64,000 nucleotides of DNA from the human T2T-CHM13v2.0 reference genome, Homo sapiens (GCF_009914755.1 NC_060927.1), one strand, 5' to 3'. Positions 17,692-31,559 are shown, numbered from the stretch's first letter. Notes: generated from the letters alone by a model not told the origin. Numbers and translations are program-made.

Positions 17692-19955
17692 TGATGCAGT
17701 TTGGCTGAGTCCCCACCCTAATCTCATCTTGAATTCCCACATGTTGTGGGAGGGACCCAGTGGGAGGTAATTGAATCACAGGGCAGGTCTTTCCTGTGCT
17801 GTTCTCGTGATAGTGAATAAGTCTCATGGGATCTGATGGTTTTAAAAATGGGAGTTTCCCTGCACAAGCTCTCTTTTTGCCTGCTGACATCCACCTAAGA
17901 TGTGACTTGCTCTTCCTTGCCTTCCAACATGATTGTGAGGCCTCCCAAACTATGTGGAACTGTAAGTCCACTAAACCTCTTTCTTTTGTAAATTGCCCAG
18001 TCTCAGATATGTCTTTATCAGCAGCATGAAAACAAACACACACAGTAAATTAGTACCAGTAGAGTGGGGCGCTGCTGAAAAGATACTCGAAAATGTGGAA
18101 ATGACTTTGGAACTGGGTAACAGGTAGGGGTGGTTGGAACAGTTTGGAGGGCTCAGAAGAAGACAGGAAAATGTGGGAAAGTTTGGAACTTCCTAGAGAC
18201 TTTTTGGATGGCTTTGCCCAAAATGCTGATAGTAATATGTACAATAAGGTCCAGGCTGAGGTGGTCTCAGATGGAAGTGAAGAACTTGTTGGGAACTGGA
18301 GCAAAGGTAAGTCTTGCTATGTTTTAGCAAAGAGATTGGTAGCATTTTGCTCTTGCCTTAGATATTTGTGGAACTTTGCACTTGAGAGAGATGATTTAGG
18401 ATATCAGGCGGAGGAAATTTATAAGCAGCAAAGCTTTCAAGAGGTGACTTGGGTGCTGTTAAACGCATTCAGTTTTATAAGGGAAATGGCATAAAAGTTC
18501 AGAAAAATTGCAGCCTGACAATGCAATAGAAAAGAAATCTCATTTTCTGAGGAGAAATTCAAGCCAGCTGCAGAAATTTGCACAAGTAACGAGGAACTGA
18601 ATATTAATCTCCAAGACAATGGGGGAAATGTCTCCAGCCCATGTCAGTGGTCTTCATGGCAGCCCCTCCCATCACATGCCCAGAGGCCTAGAAGTAAAAA
18701 GTGGTTTCGTGGGCCAGGGTGCTGTGTGCAGCCTAGGGACATGGTGCCCTGTGTCCCAGCCACTCCAGCTGTGGCTGAAAGTGGCCAATGTAGAACTGGG
18801 TCCATGGCTTCAGAGGGTGCAAGCCCCAAGCCTTGGCAGCTTCCACATGGTGTTGAGCCTGCAAGTACACAGAAGTCAAGAATTGAGGTTTGGGGACCTC
18901 CCCCTAGATTTCAGAATATGTATGGAAAAGTCTGAATACCCAGGCAGAAGTTTGCTGTAGGGGCGGGGTCCTCATGAAGAACCTCTGGTAGGCCAGTGTG
19001 GAAGGAAAAATGTGGGGTCAGATCCCCTACACAGAGTCCCTACTGGGGCACTGCCTAGTGGAGCTGTTAGAATAAGGCCCCTGTCCTCCAGACCCCAGAA
19101 TGGTAGCTCCCCCGACAGCTTGCACCGTGTGGCTGGAAAAGCCACAGACACTCAACAACAGCCCATGAAAGCCATGGGGAGGGAGGCTGTACCCTGCAAA
19201 GCCACAGGGGTGGAGCTGCCCAGGACCATAGGAAGCCACATGTTACATCAGTGTGACCTGGATGTCAGACATGGAGTCAAAGGAGATCATTTTGGAGCTT
19301 TAAGATATGACTGCCCTGCTGGATTTTGCACTTGCATGCGGCCTGTAGCCCATTTGTTTTGGCCAATTTCTCCATTTGGAATGGCTGTACCTATACCCCC
19401 ATTGTATCTAGGAAGTAACTAACTTGATTTTGATTTTACAGGCTCATAGACAAAAGGGACTTGCCTTGTCTCTGATGAGACTTTGCACTGTGGATTTTTG
19501 AGTTAATAATGAAATGAGTTAAGACTTTGGGGCAATGTAGGGAAGGCATAATTGGTTTTGAAATTTGAGGAAATGAGATTTGGGAGGGGCCAGGGGAGGA
19601 ACGATATGGTTTGGCTGTGTCCCCACCCACATCTCATCTTGAATTCCCACATGTTTTGGGAGGGACCTGGTGGAAGGTAATTGAATCATGTGGACAGGTC
19701 TTTCCTGTGCTATTCTCGTGATAGTGAATAAATCTCACAAGATCTAATGGTTTTAAAAACAGGAGTGTCCCTGTACAAGCTCTCTTTTTGCCTGCTGCCA
19801 TCCATGTAAGACGTAATTTGTTTCCCCTTGCCTTCCACCATGATTGTGAGGCCTCCCCAGCCCTGTGGAACTGTAAGTCCAATAAACCTCTTTCTTTTGT
19901 AAATTGCCCAGTCTTGGGTAAGTCTTTATCAGCAGTCTGAAAACAAACTAATACA
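17692..19955 (+). mobile_element. Complete THE1 (THE1B-like) MaLR element: LTR-internal-LTR
   Basis: LTRs at 17692-18044 and 19602-19955. Internal ORF remnant MEGSEEDRKMWESLELPRD... PPT-like GGGAGGGGCCAGGGG before the 3' LTR. 5-bp TSD ACGTA/AGGTA. Confidence 0.95.
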
Positions 19956-21268
19956 AGGTAACAGTGGCTGACCATTCTGAATTTAAGAAGGAAACCTGCT
20001 TGTTGAATTTGTGACTGTCTTTCATGGAATTGATTTCCTCTTGTACTTCGGAATCTTAATTTTAAGCCCACATGTATAGGGAATTTCTTGGGATGTTTTA
20101 TGTTGCTATTGTTGTTGTGATTTGGGTTTATTTATATGTGTATTTGTTTCTCTCTTCTGAGTCTTAACTTCTGAGTCTGTGGTTTTATAGTTGTCTCTAA
20201 ACAGCTCACAGGTATGTACTTCAGACACAAGTATTACAATGAATGCTTAGGGCCTTTGTCTCTTGAGATCACCACAAACACAGTCTCTGTCAATGAGCAC
20301 TTTGGCCTGGGTTCTGATTACCTCCTTTTCTCTAGTCAACCACTCAATACTAGCTGCAAAGGTAGCCTTCAAAACTTTTCTAATTACTGATCATGACTGT
20401 ATCTTGCCTCTGTTTGATGTCTTTAATCTAACTCCTGGTGCTGTGTGAGCCAGCCTAGTCACTGCTACCACACAACGTTGATTCTCAGCCTCCTCTGCTT
20501 GCTTCCTGGTCCCAGAGCCCAGTAGGTCTGTGACTAGAGCCTCTAGATACTGAGCTGTGTTTCTGTTCTGTGAATCACAAAACCACCTTGAGCTAATATT
20601 GATTTGACTTTTTAGAAGTTTTTCTGATACCTTAGACTATCCTCTATTTTCCTCAGAAATGGTTAATTAAAATCAAAGAAACTGATTCCCACATTGCCTT
20701 ACTTGCTGTGACTGTAATGATAGAAAAATATTTTCTCTTAAAAATGTGTACTTTACCAACATGAATAGTAATTAATATTGCCCATTTTGCTACATGTGAA
20801 ATGTTCTCAGCTTGTCAGCTCCCCACTGGTATGCTTGGCACCTCTGGTCCACAGATATAATTCAGCGTTCTACATGAGTTAGTTGTGATAATTCGCAAAC
20901 TTACTATGTTAGCAAACACACTTCTTATGACAATTGTGATCTTTAATTAAATAGTATGCACATTGATAAAATATGAGTGACAAAAGAAAAGTAACAAAAA
21001 CCTAAAAGATATATCTGCTATTTTTTTAATCATGTTCCACTCTAGAGTACTAAACTGGAAATCATAGATTAAATTCTGTGTATGGTTTGTGCTACAAAGA
21101 ATAAACAGAAGTCTACAAATTTGTCCTCTAAGAAAAGATCTTTACGTAAAAATATTGTAAATAAATGTGCAGTTATATGTCTTAAACCAAAATAAGATAT
21201 TCAAAGAGACACTGTACCTACATTTCATGATTCTTGGCTTTAGCCAGGTTTTTTGATTATCCAACTAG

Positions 21269-21322
21269 ATATCAGTCCTAATAGCTTTTATTCTAATATC
21301 AGTCCTAATAGCTTTTATTCTA
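21269..21322. repeat. Perfect 27-bp tandem duplication
   Basis: ATATCAGTCCTAATAGCTTTTATTCTA twice (21269-21295, 21296-21322). Confidence 0.95.
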
Positions 21323-22089
21323 TTTCTGCCACCAACAGAAAAGTATTGGAAGAAAAAGAAATCAGAGGACTTTGCCCCTTTATGAAGACAAAAAGAGATA
21401 AAATTAATCCAATTTGGTAATAAACCATTTTTTAACCTCGAATATAGTTATTATACAATTTCTCTGCCCAAATATATGTATTGAGAAACAACAATCTGTC
21501 AGCAATGTGGTTCTTGTAGTTGCAATGTGTTTTGGGATTAGTCTTAATTGGAATTGTGTGTTATGGATCCAAACAACATGCATTCAGGAAAAAACAATCA
21601 TTCCACCTGCTTGGGGAATCAGTACGTAAGAGCAAGCGTGTGAGAGCCTTGTGGAGAATTTTTGCTCAGTGAACAGTTAAAGTGAGACTCTAAGGAGCTA
21701 TCCCCTTTAAACTAGCACTGTACAGTAGGCACTGGCTCATTGCCACAGGGTAGCCTTTGCAGGACATCTTGGAGAATATCCTTATGATTATTTTTACCTT
21801 AAAAGTAATCTATGCAGGATTTAGAAAGATATGTAATCCCTTGTATATTTCACCAAAATAGAGAGAGAGAAAGAAAGGAAGTTTTTAATTATGTTTGTTT
21901 TGGGTTTTCTAGATAGGACTAATATTTATGTAAGCAAAATATATTTGCTAATTTTGTTAACTTTTTTTAATTTCATAAAGTTTATTCTTAGGGACTATGA
22001 GATCAATGTAGCAATTTGTAACATTTCTGGAGTTGTTTTTATTTAATTTTATGACCTCTTCAATTTATATACTACAATATGTAATCTAT

Positions 22090-22840
22090 ACAATATCGAG
22101 TGTCAGCAAAAATGTAGAGAAACTGGAACTTTAATTTGCCGCTGATGGGAATGTAAATTGGTACAGCTACTAATAAAAAGTAAAGTTGAAGGTATATATT
22201 TCCTTCATTCCCAGACTCCTAGGCACATGTTCATGTCCTAGAGAAACTTTCACATGTTTCTCTATTCTACAACATTCCTGTATATTCCAGGAGTCATCCA
22301 CAAGAATGTTTACTGCAGCATTAGTAAAAAGATTGAAATGAACTTAAAAAATTGACATCAAAAGAATGGATAGATAAACTGTGATCTATTTACACTAGGG
22401 GACCCTATGTAGCAGCTAAATGACTGATCTAGAAGTTAAAAAATGTACACTATGAATCACTTTTATGAAGTTTGAAAATACACATCATATATGTGTTGCT
22501 TACACACATATACATACATGTTCACTTGCATTTATATTACGTGTAAGTATATGTGCACATATATGTATCTTTGTAAATACATATACACTTACACAGAAAT
22601 TTTTAAAAACACATTTAGGACAATTATTTCAGAAGAGGAAGAGAAATGGGAAAAGGGTTCAGGAATTAGTACATAAAGCTTTTAAACTGTATCTGTAATG
22701 TTATCTGCTTTAAAATGTAAAAGAAATACTAAGGTAAATTGTCAAGGCGGTATGATTTAGCAAAAGTTTATAATGAGTTCTGGTATTTCCACTAAATTAT
22801 TTCTTTACCTTTCTGTAGAGATAAAATACTTTGTAGCCAA
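22090..22840 (+). mobile_element. Old L1M (L1ME-like) 3' fragment
   Basis: GCTGATGGGAATGTAAATTGGTACAG...CAAGAATGTTTACTGCAGCATT...GAATGGATAGATAAACTGTG. Confidence 0.7.
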
Positions 22841-24809
22841 AAGCTATTGCATTAAGTACCCCATAGCTCATGTGGATTCTACTCCAGGAAGTAAGGTCCA
22901 ACTGGAATCCTTTCTTTGATGATGCATTTTAATTTTTTTTCATGTGGCATTTTAATCCTTATCAGGTGTTTACTTTCAAGATTGACTGCTTGTTGAATCT
23001 TTTGATAAATTGAAGATATTCCAGAGTTAGTGAAAAAAATGTAGTTTTCCTTGTACGGAGACAAATAATAAATGGAAGCCTTCTATTCATGGCTCCCCTT
23101 GTCACAAGGTACATAGTGCCACGAACACTAGAAAATAAAATTTCCATTTTAGAAGCTGCAAAAGGTGACAAGAATAAAACCAGGCTACAACCCCACCCCC
23201 AGTGCTTCTTTGAGAAGCACAGATGAGACACCAACAAAATTGACCACATTATTTTAAAGTCTGCTGTGAATATCTCAGGTTGTTTGGATCATTTAGATTT
23301 ATGACTAGAAGAAAATTAAATTCAACTTAGAGAGACATTAATCTGCTATCGAGGATCATGAAGAGTAAATGATATTTCCCAGGCAATAGATGTTTTTCTC
23401 ATCATTTTCTCTAATACCATTTCTTTTTATTTGGGGAAATTTTAATATCAACATTTCAATTAAACTCTAATACTCCCTGCACTAAACTAAATTGAGAGGA
23501 TCTTGACTGTGCTATTGAACATTTTATCTCCATACTTAGTATAAAATAGGCTTATTTACATTTTCTCTATTCCTGATTCAATTTTAACTATAATCCACAA
23601 CGGGAGAGATATAAATGCCTCTATAATACTTCACTTCTCACATACATGATTTTAACTCTTTTCGAGCACTATATTTACATAATTCCTAAGATTATTTTCC
23701 CAATAGCAAAACCATTTTTAAAGCTCTGGTGATTCTGCTTTACTAGCTCAAGAGGAAGCATATTTTCAAAAGTATAAATATAGAGAAGTTAATGATAAAT
23801 TATACGAAGGGAACAAAATTGTGATTCCAGAGATAAGGTGAATAGCAAGCCTTCACCTTCCAGATACAAAACCTATATGGTGCATAGGCTGATGGCAGGA
23901 ACTGTGTCTATTTAGATGACAGCCGTGACCTGTACTCAGGTCTTTGGGACTCTCCATCCAGTCTTAGTCCTTTGGAGGTTGTAGTATCTTCTTGCTGGAT
24001 CAAAAGAAGCTGAACTCAGCTATGTGGGGGCAGCTCTCCTGAGCATTTCTCCTTTTTGACATAAAGTGGTTTGATTCAAGGAGAGAAAATGATACTGTGC
24101 ACAGGCCTAAGTTAGTCTTTGAACTTTAGTTCTGTTCCTCACAAGGCTAAATTCTTTGCTAACTCTGAGGCAAAAAGACTTCTTTTTTGCCAGGTTGTGC
24201 TTTCAGGTTGATGCCCGATTCCCTGGAGCACACCAGTAAAATTGAAGAAGCATTGAAAAGTTCTGTGTAAGTACCAGCTTCCCTGTCATTTGAGTCACTG
24301 CTATCACTAAATCTATAAAACTGAAACTTTGTACAAGTACCTAAAATGTTATTCTTTGTGTTCTCATTTGGAAAAAATAAATGCTGACCTAGCAATTGTA
24401 ATTAAAATATTTGTTACTAAGCTGGGTAAAGATGCAAAGAAATCAACTGAATATTTTAGAGCACACAGTATGTGTTATCTCATTTAATGCGCATGCAAAC
24501 ATTGCAAAATGTTATCCTTTTTGTAAAGTTATGTTATATAACTTGACTCAGTTGCTTTGTAACACAAAACTTAGATTAAGTGCCCAAATATTTCCCACTG
24601 TAAAACAGAATTTAATCCACTGTGTTATCCTGCTTGCTGCACTAGGCTTTTAGTGATTGAGAAGAAAAGCAAAATAATTATATTCCCTTCTATTCATTGA
24701 TGAAATACCTAATATTTTTAACAGCTTCATAGGTTTATGAAGATTTTTTTCAGACAGGATTCCATCCACCCTCAAGAAGGCTTAAAGTCATATTGAAATA
24801 AATAAGGTA

Positions 24810-27549
24810 CAGTGACTATGGCACAGTAGTGGTATCAGATTTACCCTTTGATTGAAAACAACTCCAAAAGCCAGGTTAACTAAAAAACTGCGGTTTGAAC
24901 AAATTATTCAGGAATCAAGGCATCAAGGATTTGGAGAACTGAAATCCCAAGTTCCTTAAAAAATGACAGCCTCAGAGAAATGAGCCCAACATTCTTCATG
25001 CAATTATCACTCAATATATTTGCCAGTTCCTAAACGGCGTATATGCAGTATGAAATGCCAAGACGAAGCAGAATACAGCTGCTAAAAGACTATAAAAATA
25101 AGCAGCAATTTCTATAATTTCACCATTCTTAGAAGACAAAGATTATAATTCAAAATTCACTGACAAGGGGAATTGACTAAACTTGAGTTGTCTGTTAAGA
25201 CCTACAAAATGCTCTTCCATAGGAATGAGGACAAATTGAAAATGTACACCTCACAAAAATGAAGATTAAAAGGTGAAATAAAAAATGTACAATCCTGGTT
25301 GAATGTTGAGTGTTTCAACAGTCCTCCATGTTAATTGACAGAACAAGCAGAAAAGTTTACACACACATTAGTGTGTATTTCTGTATGTGTGTGATGTGCG
25401 TATGCATATTTGTGTGTATATGTGTGTACGTGTATAGTTAAGACAGAGAAGCTATGAACCATAAAATAACCAAATTTACATAAGCAAAATATGCACAGTA
25501 TTGTATCTAAACATGTAGAGTTCATGTTATTTTAAAGTTCATATAGAAAATTTACCAAAATTGACCATATCCTGGTCCATAAAGCAATAATCACCAAATG
25601 TAAAAGGATTGAAATCATACAAAGTATGTTTTCTGACCACAATAGGATTGATCAAGAAATAAATATCAAGAGAATAACGAAACAACTTGAAGTGAATAAA
25701 AGATAAATATCACGGGTCAAAAAAGAAATTTAACTAGACAATATTTTGAAAATATGACATATTTTAGCTCATAGAATATAGTGCTTAGAAAGAAATTATA
25801 ATATTAAATCTTTTAAAAAATCAAGACTGAAAAGTATTATCTAATTTTATCTGAAGAAGCAAGAAAACATTGTTTAAAAAAGCAGAAATTAATAAAACCA
25901 AAAACACATACAATGGAGAAAATTAACAAATGCAAAGGTTGGCTGCTGAAAATGAATAAAAGTAATAAATTCTTAGCAAACTGATGAACGCAAAGAGACA
26001 AAATAAAAATTACCAATATTAGGAATGAAGACACATTACTACAGATTCTACAGACATTAAATGATAATACAAATATATTATGAATAACTTCATGTCAAAA
26101 AGTATGATACTTGGGATCAAACAAATTCCTTAAAACATGTAACTTATCAAATCTGACACAAGAAGACATCGAAAATCTAATTAGCCCTGTATCATACAAT
26201 GAAATTTAATCTGTACTCTAGAAATTTTACACAAACGTAACTATAGGTCTATATAACATTACTGATTCATTTCACTAGTGTTTAAAACAAAGACCAATGT
26301 TGTATAAAATACTCTGGAAATTAGAAACAGAAAGCATTTCCAAGTATTCAAGGAGGCTATATTACTTAATACATAAAGATGTCAAGAATATAAAAGAAAA
26401 GAAAAGTTAATTAAAATATATGGGAGGTTGAAACTGAATTAAATTGAATTATTTTTTGGTGCAAAAATACCTCAGAGAGCAATTAAAGAGAATATAAATA
26501 GAATTAGAATGTCATGAATTAGGAAGCTTAATGCTACAAAGATGTCAAGTTTCCCCAAGCAATCTTGATGCTCAATCCAGTCTCATTAAAAGTTTCAGTG
26601 CAAATTATTGAGAAAATTTACAAATTGATTACAAAATTTTTAAAGAAATGCAAAGGACCTTAATGAGCAAGAAGAATTTTGAGATCAAACAGAAATAGAA
26701 GACTTTTTCTAACAGCTAGCAAGACATTATGTAGTAATTAATAATATTAGTGAAAGGATAGATAAATAGACTGAGAGATACAGGTCCATATATATACAGT
26801 CATGTGAATTACAACAATTTAGTGGAAGAAAGGATGGGAAAAAACTATCTTTATCCCCATCTCACGCTATATACAAAAATCAATTCCAGAGTGATTGTAG
26901 TCCTAAATATAAAATAAAAATTCTAGAGGAGAATATCTTAATGATATTCTTAATACCATAAGAGATGACATTAATGATGTTAATATAAGCAAACAGATTT
27001 AAATGACACAAAGGCATCTAGAAAACATTTATATAAATTAGGCTTCATTAAAATTAAGAACATTTATTAATCAAAACATACCATCAAGACAGTGAAAAGG
27101 CAACGCATATAGGGATCACAAATGTTTGCAATACATGTATCTGACAAAGACCGCATATTTAGAGCATAGAGAGAACAACTACAAATCAATAAGAACAATG
27201 AGCAATGACTTTAACAACCACTTCACAAAAATATATTGAAAGGACCAATAATCATGTTGATATGTTTAATATTAGTCATCAAGAAAATACAAATTTAAAA
27301 ATCATCATAAGATACAACCATACACCCAACAAAATGCATTTTTAAAAATATGTGAAAGTTGCAAGAGATAACAAAAATATGGGGTGATTGAAAGTTTTAT
27401 AAACTATAAGTTAGAATGAAAATTATAAAGCATTTTGGAAAATTCTTATACATTGTCTTCTAAAACTTAACATATCTGTAACTTGACTCATATCGTAGGT
27501 ATATGCACAACACAAATGTATATCCATATATATGTATATATTAAAAAAA
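24810..27549 (+). mobile_element. Old L1M element (host of Tigger1; continues at about 31024-31900)
   Basis: A-rich degenerate ORF2 (TTTACCAAAATTGACCATAT, TTTTCTGACCACAAT, ACACAAAGGCA...TTCATTAAAATTAAGAA). 3'UTR resumes after Tigger1. Confidence 0.8.
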
Positions 27550-28664
27550 TACAGGCTTACCTTGTTTATCATGCTTTACTTACTGCACTTTCAGATACCG
27601 CATTTTTTACAAATTGAAAGTTTATGGCAACCTTGCATCAAGTATCTTTTGGTGCCATTTTCCCAACAGGATATTCTCACTTCTTTTCTCTGTGTCACAT
27701 TTTGGTAATTCTCAGAATATGTGAAACACTTTTAATTATTATTATAGCTGTTATAGTGATCTGTGATCACTGATCTTTGATGTCAATATTGTAACTGATT
27801 TGGGGTGCCATGGACCACACCCATACAAGACAGCAAACTTAATCAACAAATGTTGTATGTGTTCTGACTGCTTTACCAATTGGCCATTTCTCCCTCTCTC
27901 TTTCTCTCTTCAGGCCTCTCTATTTCCTGAGACACAACAATATTGAAATTAGGCCAAATAACAACCCTACAATTGCTTCTAAGTGTTAAAGGGAAAAAAA
28001 GGAGTCACACAGATGACTTTAAATCACAACCTCACTTTAAATCAAAACCTACAAATGATTAAGCTTAGTGAGAAAGGCATGTCAAAACGCCATGTTTTGG
28101 CCTAGTGAGATAGGCCAAAAGAAGTTAGGCCTCTTGTGCTAAACAGCCAAGTTGTGAATGCAAAGGAAAAATTCTTGAAGGAAATTAAAAGTGCTACTCC
28201 AGTGAACACAGGAATGATAAAGCAAAACAGCCTCACTGCTGAGATAGAGAAAGGATTAGTTGTCTGAGTAGAAGATGAAGTCAGCCACAAGATTCCCTTA
28301 AGCCAAAGCCTCATCCAGAGCAAGGCTGTAACTCTGCAATATGATGAAGGCTGAGAGGATAGGAAGCTGGAAAAGAAAAGTTGGAAACTGGCAGAGATTT
28401 GTTCATGAGGTTTAATGAAAGAAGCCATCTCCATAACATAAAAATGCAAGGAGAAGCAGAAAGTTCTGTTGGAGAAGCTTCAGCAAGTGATTAAGAAGAT
28501 CTAGCTAAGAAAATTGATCAAGGAGACTACAAAAACAGACTTTCAGTGTAAACAAAATGTCCATTTATTGAAGAAGATCCAATCTAGGACTTTCATAGCT
28601 AGAGAGGAGACATCAACGCTGGGCTTCAAAGTTTCAAAGACAAGCTAACTCTGTTGTTAAGGGC

Positions 28665-28902
28665 TATGATGGTTAATACTGGGTGTCAACTTGACTGGAT
28701 TGAGGGATGCCTAGGTAGCTGGTGAAGTATTGTTTCTGGCTTTGTCTGCGAGGGTGTTGCCAGAGGAGACTGACATTTGAGTCAGTAGACTGGGAGAGGA
28801 AGACTCACCCTCCATGTGCATGGGCACCATCCAACGTGCTGCCAATGTGGCTAGAACAAAGAAGGTGGGAGAAGGCAGATAAGCAGTTTGCTGAGTCCTC
28901 TT

Positions 28903-28938
<36 letters not shown>

Positions 28939-29257
28939 CCCCCCCCACCCCCCTTCCTGTGCCAGACACTTTTCTCCTCTCCTCCTGCCCTTGGACATCA
29001 GACTCCAGGTTCTTTGGCCTTTAGATTCTGGGACTTGCACCAGTGGCCTCCTGGGGGCTCTCAGGTTTTCAGCCTCTGACCAGAGCTGTACTGTTAACTT
29101 TCCTGATTTTGAGGTTTTGGGACTTGCAGTGAGCCATGCTACCAACTTCTCTCCTTCCCCAGCTTCTTACAGACAGCCTGTTGTGGGACTTTGCATTGTA
29201 ATTGAATTGTGTGAGCCAATTCTCCCTATCTCCCTAATAAACTCCATAGAACATACA

Positions 29258-29309
<52 letters not shown>

Positions 29310-29316
29310 ATATATC
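28665..29316 (+). mobile_element. MLT2A (ERV-L LTR, MLT2A2-like), 3' end deleted; contains (CT)n at about 28903-28936 and (CA)n at about 29250-29306
   Basis: TGATGGTTAATACTGGGTGTCAACTTGACTGGATTGAGGGATGCC start and CTAATAAACTCC polyA region. Confidence 0.9.
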
Positions 29317-30403
29317 TTAAGACCCTTTAGAATTATGCTAAATCAACTCTGCCTTTGCTCTATAAGTGAAAAAACAAAGCCTGGGTAACAGCACATCTGC
29401 TTTCAACATGGTTTACTGAATATTTTAAGCCCACTGTTGAAACCTGTTGCTCAGAAAAAAAATATTTCTTTCAAAATATAACTGCTCATTGATAATCCAC
29501 CTGTTCACCTAAAAGTGTTGATGATGATGTACAAGGGGATCGATGTTTTGAAAGATGCTAACAAAACATCCATTCTTCAGCCTATAGATCAATAAGTAAT
29601 TTCAATTTTCAAGTCATTATTTAATAAATACATTTCATAAGTCTATAGCTGACAAAAAGTAATGATTCCTCTGATACAGCTTGCCAAAGTAAATTGAAAA
29701 CCTTTTGGAAAGGATTCACCATTCTAGATGCCATTTAGAATAGTCATGACTCATGGGAGGGGGCCAAAATATCAACATGAACAGGAGTTTGAAAGAAGTT
29801 GATTCCAGCCCTTATGGATGACTTTGAGGGGTTCGAGATTTCAGGGGAGTAACTGCAGATGTGGTAGAATTAGAAAGAGAACTAGAATTAGAAGTGGAGT
29901 CTGAAAATGTGGTTATATTGTTGCAATCTCATGATCATACTTCAATAGAAGAGGATTTTGCTCATATGGATGAGCAAAGAAAGTGATTTCTTGAGACAGA
30001 ATCTACTCCTGGTGAAGATGCTGTGAAGTTTGTTAAAATGGCAACAAAGAATTTAGAATATTATGTAAATGTAGTTAATAAAGCACCAGGAAGGTTTGAG
30101 AGGACTGATTTCAATTTTGAAAGAAGTTCTACTGTGGGTAAAATGCTATAAAACAGCACTGCATGCTACAGAAAATATTTCATAAAAGGAAGAGTCAATT
30201 GATGCAGCAAACTATACTGTTGTCTTTTTTAAGAAATTGCCCCAGACACCCCAACCTTTATCAACAATCACACCAATCAGTCAGCAGCTATCAACATTAA
30301 GGAAAAACCCTGGATGCCAAAGAGATTATGACTCACTGAAGACTTGGATAATCGTGGACCTTTTTAGCAATTTAAGGTATGTACATTTTTTTACACATAA
30401 TCC

Positions 30404-30876
30404 TGCCGGGGTCTGACCTGCAGACCCAGGCTGCACGACAGATGAATAACATACTCAGACACCAATATTCAGTGAAAGAGCAGGCCAGGGAGCCAGGCTA
30501 CTCACAGAAAGAGTTGTGGCAGCCTCACCCTAACTAGCTAGCCCTGCTGGCATTTATTCAGCACAGAGTTAATGACAAAGGCTTTGAGTCAACACACCTG
30601 TGGGTAATTAATCTGGTCACCCTCCCCGGGAAAGAGCAGTCCTAGGAATGATCAAAGGTCAGTCTTAGGACCACATGAGTAAACAAACTCTTTAGATAAA
30701 CTCCCTTACATTCCTTTGTACCTACTCTAAGCTATGAACTCAAGGTAAGAGGATTAGGCTGCTTTCAGCCATAACCCTATCCTGAGGCTTTTGTAAACCC
30801 TTCTGGCCTTCCAAGAAAGTTTGCATTTTTCCTATAATTTTACAATTTCTCCAGCCACCCTGACTGAACTCCTATA
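30404..30876 (-). mobile_element. Solo LTR22-family LTR (HERV-K HML-5)
   Basis: Reverse complement starts TATAGGAGTTCAGTCAGGGTGG...TTCTTGGAAGGCC and ends GGTCAGACCCCGGCA. TSD TAATCC/TTATCC. Tigger1 sequence is continuous across it. Confidence 0.8.
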
Positions 30877-31107
30877 TTATCCTATTGCATACTTAATAGA
30901 CTACAGTAAGGAGTAAACATAATTTTTGTATACTGGAAAACCAAAAAATTGTGTGACTCACTTTATTGAGATATTTATTGTGATGGTCTGAAACCAAACC
31001 CACATTATCTCATATATATGTATGGCAATGTGAAAATTTTACAGAAAAATTGTTTGTGAGCCCCAAACTGGAACCTATATGTTTGCCTATCACTTTTATT
31101 AAATGGA

Positions 31108-31559
31108 TGTATTAGTTCCCAAGTGCTTTCATAACAAAGTATCTCAAGTGATTTAAAACAACTGTATTGTCTCAGTTCTGGAGGCCTAAATTTGAAATCA
31201 AGGTGTCATGCAAGGCCACACCCCCACTGCATCCTTTAGGAGAGAATCCTTTCTTGCCTATTCTCCATTCTGGTATTTTTCCAGCAATCTCTATTGTTCC
31301 TTGACTTGTAAAATGCATCACTCCAAGCTCTACCTCTGTCATTACAGGTCAATCTTCTCCTTGTTTCTATTTCTGTCTGAATCTTTTCTTCCTCTTCTTA
31401 TAAGTATACGAGTTAGATTAGATTAGGATCTACTCTAATGACCTAATCTAAACTAATTAAATTTGCAATAATCCTATTTCCAAATAAGGTGACATTTTGA
31501 GGTAATGGAGGTTAGGACTTCAACATATCTGTTTGAGGTTCACAATGCCACCCATAACA
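31108..31559 (-). mobile_element. MaLR solo LTR (MLT1C-like)
   Basis: TGTATTAGTT...TCTGGAGGC...GAAATCAAGGTGTC...GGTTAGGACTTCAACATAT...CCCATAACA. TSD ATGGA/ATAGA. Confidence 0.88.

Larger units (their letters stand above)
27552..31020 (+). mobile_element. Tigger1 (TcMar-Tigger DNA transposon), near full length, interrupted by two LTRs
   Basis: TA followed by CAGGCTTACCTTGTTT (5' TIR-like). Decayed transposase (ATGATTAAGCTTAGTGAG..., GAAATTAAAAGTGCTACTCCAGTGAACAC). 3' end GTGACTCACTTTATTG...GGTCTGAAACCAAACCC. Confidence 0.92.

Noticed and set aside
18144-19422. THE1 internal ORFs as a coding gene
   Set aside because: Fragments of the decayed MaLR internal ORF, interrupted by stops and frameshifts.
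27960-30200. Domesticated Tigger transposase (TIGD-like)
   Set aside because: No long plus-strand ORF; start region mutated and coding region interrupted by MLT2A.
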